A DNA stretch of 20,000 nucleotides from Trichinella spiralis (lineage: Eukaryota). The stretch's first letter is position 1; every line of letters starts with the position of its first letter. Both the position numbers and the translations under genes were made by a program. This document shows positions 12,867 through 20,000 of the stretch, piece by piece. The notes beneath the pieces are model-generated. The model was not told the origin of the DNA and did no database searches. It saw only the letters and a program-made list of their open reading frames with translations. The stretch lies in contig NW_003526940.1 of assembly GCF_000181795.1 (NCBI RefSeq), positions 882,493 through 902,492 of the forward strand, read 5' to 3'.

Positions 12867-13217
12867 ATGGCTGATGAAAGTTGGGATAACGAACCTAAAG
12901 TTCGCATAACTCCAACAATGTTGAAATCAGGCCGTTACAATGGGAAAATTGTCACTTTGTTAGGTCTCATAGATTCATCTGACTTCGCTAATCAATCTGC
13001 TATACTGGATATTGGTGAAAGGACAAAGGTGAACGTGAAGTTCAAGTGTGAAGCAATTGAAGTGGAAAATTGCTACGCTCAACTCGTTTGTTGTGTAGTG
13101 AATCCAAAAGAAGTTCAGTGCGTTTATCATACTGTGTTTCCTCCTGATATGACTGCCAAAATGGATATAGATTCTTATTTACATGCTGTTACTTTATTTA
13201 ATAATCACATGGGATAA
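12867..13217 (+). CDS. RPA3: Replication protein A 14-kDa subunit-like (RPA3/RPA14, OB fold), intronless, 116 aa
   Basis: PKVRITPTML..YNGKIVTLLG..(ILD)..YAQLVCCV..EVQCVYHTVF..MDIDSYLHAVTLFNN parallels human RPA3 PRSRINAGML..FIDKPVCFVG..IVEVVGRV..ILCTSYVQF..FDLGLYNEAVKIIH. The length is typical, and the ATG directly follows an acceptor-like ttag. Confidence 0.75.
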   Translation: MADESWDNEPKVRITPTMLKSGRYNGKIVTLLGLIDSSDFANQSAILDIGERTKVNVKFKCEAIEVENCYAQLVCCVVNPKEVQCVYHTVFPPDMTAKMDIDSYLHAVTLFNNHMG

Positions 13218-13949
13218 CTGTTTTAAAAATATTTTTCAAGATTTGCTTTTGGTATTCTGCATTTCTATTACTAATCTTATGTTTAACTACCTCCATATTC
13301 TTTTAAGTAATTATTTTTATATTTATGGTAAAGTTGTTTAAGGTGAACATGTATTTTCTTATTCTCAGTGAACCAGTGGTGAATGATATATTAAGCATGT
13401 ATATATATTATCAATTACTATTTAGTTTTTTTTAAACGAATAAAATCTTATAACAAAATCAACAAAGGCATTGGAGAAAATATTATGTTGAATAATTGTG
13501 CAGCTTTTTTAAGAAAATTTTAATTACACTGTTTTTTAATAAATAAACTTCAATTTAAATATAAATTCAATAAAGTGTGTGAACTTGAAAAACAAACTGC
13601 AATTACAATTAGAGAACGAATATTCAACTAATTATTGGAGAAAGAATATGTAATCAAATATGAAGCAAATATCACGCAGCAGTCAGTGAAATTTAAATGA
13701 AAATGAATTTAAATGATTCATTAAAATGAAGGATTGAGGTGAGACAATCAAGAAGTATTTGATATAATGAAGACTCAAAGGATAAAACCTGAAAGAACAT
13801 TTTAAATAAATATTCATTTACTAAGGAGCCCTGTTTTAATTAACAATTACGCTACTAAACTTGAAGCTGATTTGATAAATTGAGCTGCTTCTGAACCTTG
13901 GAATACATTTTGTCATATGAACAAGCCATATGCTGTACATATATGGAAA

Positions 13950-14400
13950 AATTTTATTTATCGAAATATTATTTATGTTTGTTGTGTTTTGCCCGGTTGT
14001 TGTACATTGTGCTGCATACCCGTTTATCAAGTGGGAATTAGCCACTCATGATTATATGGCTCTGCAATGGAAACGGACGCTTCTTCGTCATAGATGGCCG
14101 GGATGAATTTGGTTTCTTTGGCACTTCTTTTTTTAACACTGCCTTCTTAACCATTTTGTATACCAAGTGCTCATCATTATCCGTGCTGCTTTTGATGTGA
14201 TCTTTTTGCTTGATCACAGCTGCCACATCCAGGTTTGTTTACATGGCACCCTTGCGCTTTCTTTGTCGTATACCAGAACAAACTAATTGTTAATAACAAG
14301 GAACACATTTTTAACATTCAGGACATGCTTTGGAACATTTCCAGTATTTCTTCTGCTATCTGTATGCTTCATAAACAAGGTACATACTACCCTGTATGTT
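13950..14400 (-). mobile_element. FLYWCH-domain/MULE transposon relic (5' part), same family as 4050-4724
   Basis: The reverse strand reads GSMYLVYE..QKKYWKCSK[about 60-nt insertion]DK..KGAM*TNLDVAAVIKQKDHIKS..DEHLVYKMVKKAVLKK/RSAKETKFIPAIYDEEAS..AEP. It shares the EHL.YK..KKAV..IYDEEAS block with 4055-4175. The lower-coordinate boundary is approximate. Confidence 0.75.
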
Positions 14401-14655
14401 TTCTGCATCAACATCACTGCAAGAACAGTATGATAACAGAATGATTGAAAACCAAACAACTAGAAAACAGTTATTCTTATAATACTGTGTCAAAATAAAT
14501 TTTTAAATAAACTATTTTCAATATTAATATCCAGTAACAAAACAAAGCAAAACATCAAAACGAATTAGCTAGCAACATTGAACATTTTTATTTAAATACC
14601 TTTTTAGCATTCAACAGATAAAATTTTCATTCCACAGAGAAAAAGAGTAATTAAA

Positions 14656-14722
14656 AGTTTAGAAATATTTTTCATTTTATAAAGAAGAAAAAAGAGTTTA
14701 GAAATATTTTTCATTTTATAAA
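14656..14722 (+). repeat. Local 28-bp direct repeat
   Basis: AGTTTAGAAATATTTTTCATTTTATAAA occurs at 14656-14683 and 14695-14722. Confidence 0.85.
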
Positions 14723-14841
14723 TCAAATTGTACATAAAAGAATAATTCAGTTTTGCAAACTATAATATAATAAATAATTTGAAATTTCAGTATTTTCTTG
14801 AACAACATGAAGAAGTTCAATAATAATGTAGATGATTTATT

Positions 14842-15351
14842 TCACTGGCAGTTGTTCGGTTGAGATGAGATTGGTGGGAAAATTATTCCATGCAGCACCG
14901 CAGCACCACTGCAACTTGGCATGAACAACCAAAGAAAGAAAACACATTTGAGCAGCCAATATACTGTATTAATGTAGCTAATGGAGTAAACAAAAAAATC
15001 AACAATTGCAAACAAGCCAAAAATAATCCAATACAATAATAAGCATTGATATGAAGTATTTTTTTCAGTTGATTTAACTTTTTCCAAACTTTTCACCGCT
15101 GGATAAGCAAAACAGATCGAATTGCACAGCAGTTCCGCACTTCTGCTGAATAGCAAAAGCACAGTAATCACAGATGCTAACAAAGTTGCAGCTTCACAAC
15201 GATTTCGTCCAGTTTTTTCTTCAATTTTATTAAAAACTTTTCCAACAAATGTTTTATTATCACTGATGATATCAAAAAGATCAAAAAAAATTCCTTGAAC
15301 AGTTGTTGCAAATTTCAAGAAGTATAAAATATAGATTCCCACTTCGACCAT
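14842..15351 (-). CDS. REEP5/DP1/Yop1 (TB2/DP1/HVA22 family) ER-shaping membrane protein, about 169 aa
   Basis: KIEEKTG, hydrophobic hairpin, ELLCNSICFAYPAVKSLEKV, LLYWIIFGLFAIVDFF, YWLLKCVFFLWLFMP..GAAVL are all family hallmarks. The first ATG is at 15351; a 5' exon cannot be excluded. Confidence 0.88.
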   Translation of the reverse strand: MVEVGIYILYFLKFATTVQGIFFDLFDIISDNKTFVGKVFNKIEEKTGRNRCEAATLLASVITVLLLFSRSAELLCNSICFAYPAVKSLEKVKSTEKNTSYQCLLLYWIIFGLFAIVDFFVYSISYINTVYWLLKCVFFLWLFMPSCSGAAVLHGIIFPPISSQPNNCQ

Positions 15352-16607
15352 ATTTATCAAAATATTATTAAATTTTCTTTTTCTTTTCCCATAATTTAAA
15401 TTCAAAATTGTTTAAACAACTTCAACGCACAGTTTAAAATTTTAAACGTCGAAAATTGCTCAGCGCTTATAGTTTAAAGTAATTTCAATTTTAATTTCAA
15501 CCAACGTTTGCAAATACAATTCTGTTTTCAAGAATTAAATTTATAAATTTATCAAACAATTTCTTTACTTCTGAGATTCTTCTTCTTCAGCAAATTCCTA
15601 AATTACACTTGTCCTTTCATACTTCAACTCCTGTTTGGCTTTCTGCAACTTCTCTTTCATTAATAACAAAGCAAATGTAAAAAAACATATAACGCAATAA
15701 TGATACACAAAAAATACACATTTCTTACCTAACTTATTGTTAATAAAATCAATCAAATATAACAATAGATAAAAATAACACAAACATTCTTACACACTAA
15801 CTTTGTTGTTTCTTTTCTCTGCCATACAATCAGATCTCTTTAATGATTATCTGTAAAGCACCAATTATATGAAAAATAAACTTTTATTCTTTGTTGGAAC
15901 ATGAACTATGAATACTAAATTTATATTTTAATCAACAGTTATACATCTTGCAATAATAAAATAAGTAACAAAATGAAAAATAAACATATTACAAAAAGGC
16001 ATAAAAACAAATTGGAGTAAAGGAAAAGATGTGGTGAAAGAAAGAACAGGCTGCAGCTGTATTTTGACGACTGTATATAAATCAACAGCAGTAATGGCGT
16101 GCTCAGCATACATATTCACTTGAAAGTGTTTGGTATCTCTAATTAATTACATTTCCCAGTTGTTTTGCAATAAATTCAAGCTACAACCGCAAACAGTCGA
16201 AAAACAAAAGCACTGATTTGTAAATGAGAAAAATTGACAGATTAGGGCAAATGGAATTACTGAAAAGTGAGAAAAAAAGCAATGATTTACCTCATCATCG
16301 ATAAGAACAATAAGCTGCAGGAAGCATACATCATAGTTTTACCTATATCCAACTTCTTAAACAATTATGTGAATTTCATTTTTCTTCATTCAAATTCAGC
16401 TAATTGTTAATCTTAAGTTCATTAAAAACAAGAATCTTCTAAAAATAAATATTCTTAATAATGACCATTTATAGTAGATAAATCAAACGGATTTAATAAA
16501 TAAATTTAATTAGGAATGACAAACATTTGTTAGAATAAATAAAAATAACCGAATGTTTTGCACGAATAATCTTAATCCGTTTAGATGAATCGGAGAGACA
16601 AGAGAAG

Positions 16608-18468
16608 ATGCAAAAGTACGTTCAGCTGTTGCTACATTTTCTTTTAATGCTTCTTTCACAATCACAAAATCCTAAATGCCGAGCAAATAATGGCGTTGCT
16701 GAAGTAGACTGGTCAGTTACAATGATCCATTTGAAAAAGAAACTACAGCATTATTAAATTTCCATCACATGAAAGTACTTTCAGGGCAATATTATACAAA
16801 GCTCCAGGAGAAATAAGAGGCAAAATTATCGTTTCAAACAGCGCCGGTGCATGGGTGAATGGAAACGGGGACCTTACACGACGCGAACAACAGTCGTTTG
16901 GAGGCACTCTAGAACATGTAGTAGGGAATAACGATAACATAAAATTTCTTGCATACAACAATGTTCCACCAGGCATGCCCAACGTAAAAACAAAGTCTAA
17001 TAGCAAAGGTATGAAAGTGAATCTTAAAACTTTCAATATCAAACTGTCCATCCATTTTAAGGAGTGATAATTGTACAAACAACTCCTGGTACTGATGCCG
17101 CTTCATGGATTGTCCATACTGTACCTGGATTTCCAGCTGCAAAAACGGGCTACAGCTGGCCAGTAGCTGAAAATGCTAACGGACATTTATTAATTTGTTT
17201 GACCATTTCAGAAAGCCAAATAAATGCCATAGGTTTGATTGACGTTCATTCAAATTGTTAACACTTAATTCATATTTGTAAAACATTCATTTCAACTCCA
17301 CGTAAAATTAGCATCTTTTACCAAGAGTGAAATTATAATTTTCAAGTGCAATCACTTAATGGACCATTATCATATGTAATATAAATAAAATATTTAGTTA
17401 ACGGCACTTTAAAGAGAAACAAGATTGTACTGATACACTGAATTCGTATCTGATGGTATTTTTTGTTTAGCTGCATCATTGCTTCGTGCCGAGCCTTTAG
17501 TACATTATAATGATATTCCTGAAACTGAAACCGTAGGAATGCAATATTTCAAAAAATTATCAAATGGACAGTTTCCAACAGTTCCTCCATATTTGTCAAG
17601 GCAATCGATTAAAACAGCAGCACAAGCTGCGGTAACTGTAAACGTTTACAGCAAGTCAGCAACATCTAGATACGGTAAGTAGTGGCGAACAACACTATGA
17701 AAAATTTATTTTTAATACTTTATGTAATTATGAATGAAAATGTATATTCAAAAAAGAAGGTACAAATTTGAAAAACCAAAATATTTGAATGATATAAACT
17801 GAAATTCACAAATTAATAAATGCATATATATTAATAAAATATTATATTTACTATGAATATATGATGATTGATTTATCAAATGTGCAAATTAAATGATTTT
17901 TCAAATTTCTGTAATACTGACAATGCGCCTTCGCATTCAGTGAAGCTTGAAAATAAAATTCTGTCATTTCACACTTTAAAATATTAAGAAATATGTCATG
18001 ATATTTTACATTTGTTTTATCAATGTGAAATATGTAGCAAGTAAATTATTCCACTTCAGAACAAATAAAATTAAATTTTTAGAAATATACAGGAGAGTGA
18101 TCGTAAAAGCTCTTAAAAAAACGATAAAAGTGTGGTCAAGAAGAGACAATAAACTCAAAGGAGACTGTAGAGTGGTGGAAAGAAATATTCGTTTAATCAA
18201 AAGCCCTGCTCCAATTAGTGATCACAACACTAATCTTGATGCTGATTTGACAAACTGGGCTGTTTCTGATCCTGGAAATATATTTTGCCTCATTGACAGG
18301 CCATATGCTGTAACTACATTTAAAAATATTTTTTATAATGAAAATGATAAATTATTTTTAATTCAGAAAAACCAATCCGTCCAATCTGCGATGGCAGTTT
18401 GTATTGATCAAGCTGATATTTTCGCCAGATTTAATGACATTGCTGCTCAAGTTGAAAACTGCCCGTAG
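16608..18468 (+). CDS. Secreted DNase II-family protein, copy B, 6 exons, 343 aa, degenerate catalytic motifs
   Basis: Exons 16608-16711, 16785-17008, 17062-17232, 17471-17674, 18083-18309, 18367-18468, all with GT..AG introns and an open frame. A CAG->TAG change removes the terminal Gln found in copy A. Confidence 0.92.
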
Positions 18469-19036
18469 TGAAAATATCCACGAATTGATATGCCAGATTT
18501 ATTTGCATTTTATAAATTAAACCGAAATCTTTTGCATTTTAAGTTTTATCCAATCTGCATTTATTTCTTTATGTAGTAGAATGCTAAACGGATCAACGCG
18601 GAATTGGTAATAAAATTGCGTAATTTATTTGCGAACTGGTGTTGAACGTAGAATAAATAGCCTTTCTGTGAACAGTCGATGAAAAAATGTGGGCAAAATG
18701 AGAGTGAAGAGTTGGATAGCATCCCGTGAAAAACGAAAAGAAGATACTCTTAGAAATTTTTATTGGAACTATCCTAACTAAAAGGAACTTCCCAGTTAAC
18801 TAATAAACTAAATAAATTAATAATAAAATATCTGGCTGCATAAGAATAGCGTGAAGTAATTTTAATAAGTTATTGCAGCAGAATGGTTTATGAGCGGAGC
18901 TACATGAAAAAAGCAGATCAGCACGTGAGCAGTGTTTATATACTGTCATCTGAAACAAAAAGTCATTCGGAGCTTTAAACTCATAGGTTTCATTGAATTC
19001 ACTACTTCATTAAAGCTGATTTTGCATGGCAAAAGT

Positions 19037-19410
19037 TCAGTTGTGCCAGTTTTCAACTTGAGCAGTAATGTCATTAAACACGGCGAAAATGTCAGCTGGA
19101 TCAAGCTGTCAACGCAGATTCTACTGTTTGATTTTTCTAAATTAAGGATAAATTATCATTTCAGTTATTAAAAACCATCAAAAGAGTAATTTCAGTATAT
19201 ATTTATAGCATATGTTCTGACTATGTGGTAAAATGGATTCAGCCCAGTTTGTCAAATCAGCCTCAAGATTGGTGTCGTGGTTGCCAACTCCAACAGGGTT
19301 TTTGATTTAACAAAAATTTCTTTGAAGTTCTCCTTTGAGCTTACTGTTTCTTCTTGACCACACTTGTATGGTTTTTCTAAAAGCTTTTACAATCACTTTC
19401 TTCTGTATTT
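19037..19410 (-). pseudogene. Inverted DNase II exon 5-6 pseudogene fragment, copy B
   Basis: Counterpart of 3653-4028. It retains GTG TGG TCA (VWS) where copy A has GTG TAG TCA, but shares the other lesions. Confidence 0.9.
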
Positions 19411-19431
19411 CTAAAAATTTTAATTGATGAT

Positions 19432-20000
19432 GGATGGAGCACCTAGCATACAAACTGGAGAAAAAGGCGGTTTCAAAACAGAGAAATGCTGATGAAACTT
19501 AACTCATCCTGTCCATCTATGACGAAGAAGCGTCCTTCGCCTCCGCTGAACCATCAGCATGTGACCTTTTTTTGATTTTTAAACAGGTGAAGTCCACTAA
19601 GTCCCTGGGCAAAACACTTCCCAACATTTCCTGAATATTGTCGGGGTATACATATACCTGGAACATTCAAGGCAACATTTGATTTTTTGTTTTGAGACAT
19701 TGATTCAAAGCATATATTGGTATTCGCTGTGGGTGCAAATCTTAGACAAATGGGGAAAACCGTTTATACCCAATAGAAATTGAAACAAAAAAATAAAAAT
19801 GCTCTTTGCTACCGCTTTTCTCCCTGTACCGTAGTTCATACTGGTGTTAGCCTACTTGAAAGAGGCACCACGTTAAGTTTATTAGCTTTATTTCAATATT
19901 TTTGGCAGGAGTGGATGACCAATTACAGGATGTCGCTTTGGAATGCACGTGATGTAAATATCAGAACTAATAACTATTTGGAAGGTTGGCATAATCGGCT
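19432..20000 (+). mobile_element. MULE transposase relic, copy B (runs off the window end)
   Basis: Near-identical to 4050-4618, including RTNNYLEGWHNR. Confidence 0.75.

Larger units (their letters stand above)
15383..20000 (+). repeat. Segmental/tandem duplication, copy B (direct repeat of 1-4618)
   Basis: Colinear with 1-4618 over its full length, with small indels. Confidence 0.95.

Noticed and set aside
14656..14722. 28-bp direct repeats as a CRISPR-like array
   Set aside because: Only two AT-rich copies with an 11-nt gap, in a eukaryotic 3' flank; a simple local duplication.

Overview
AT-rich, intron-containing eukaryotic DNA, most likely from a clade I parasitic nematode of the genus Trichinella (inferred from the divergent DNase II paralogs, FLYWCH/MULE relics and BEL/Pao sequence). 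The window spans a roughly 15.4-kb tandem segmental duplication: 1-4618 recurs at 15383-20000. Each copy carries a six-exon secreted DNase II-family (p43/plancitoxin-like) gene in which both catalytic HxK motifs have lost their histidine. Each gene is followed tail-to-tail by an inverted pseudo-copy of exons 5-6, which the ORF track does not show, and by a MULE transposase relic. Between the copies lie a polyubiquitin gene with an intron at the same codon of every repeat, two assembly gaps with a probable artefactual duplicate, rearranged BEL/Pao retrotransposon fragments, two LTR-like elements, an intronless RPA3/RPA14-like gene, a second FLYWCH/MULE relic and a REEP/DP1/Yop1-family gene. No wholly new system can be proven from sequence alone. 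The strongest leads are the pseudo-nuclease plus inverted-exon (potential hairpin RNA) module, the mosaic divergence between the duplicates, and the RPA3-like gene.
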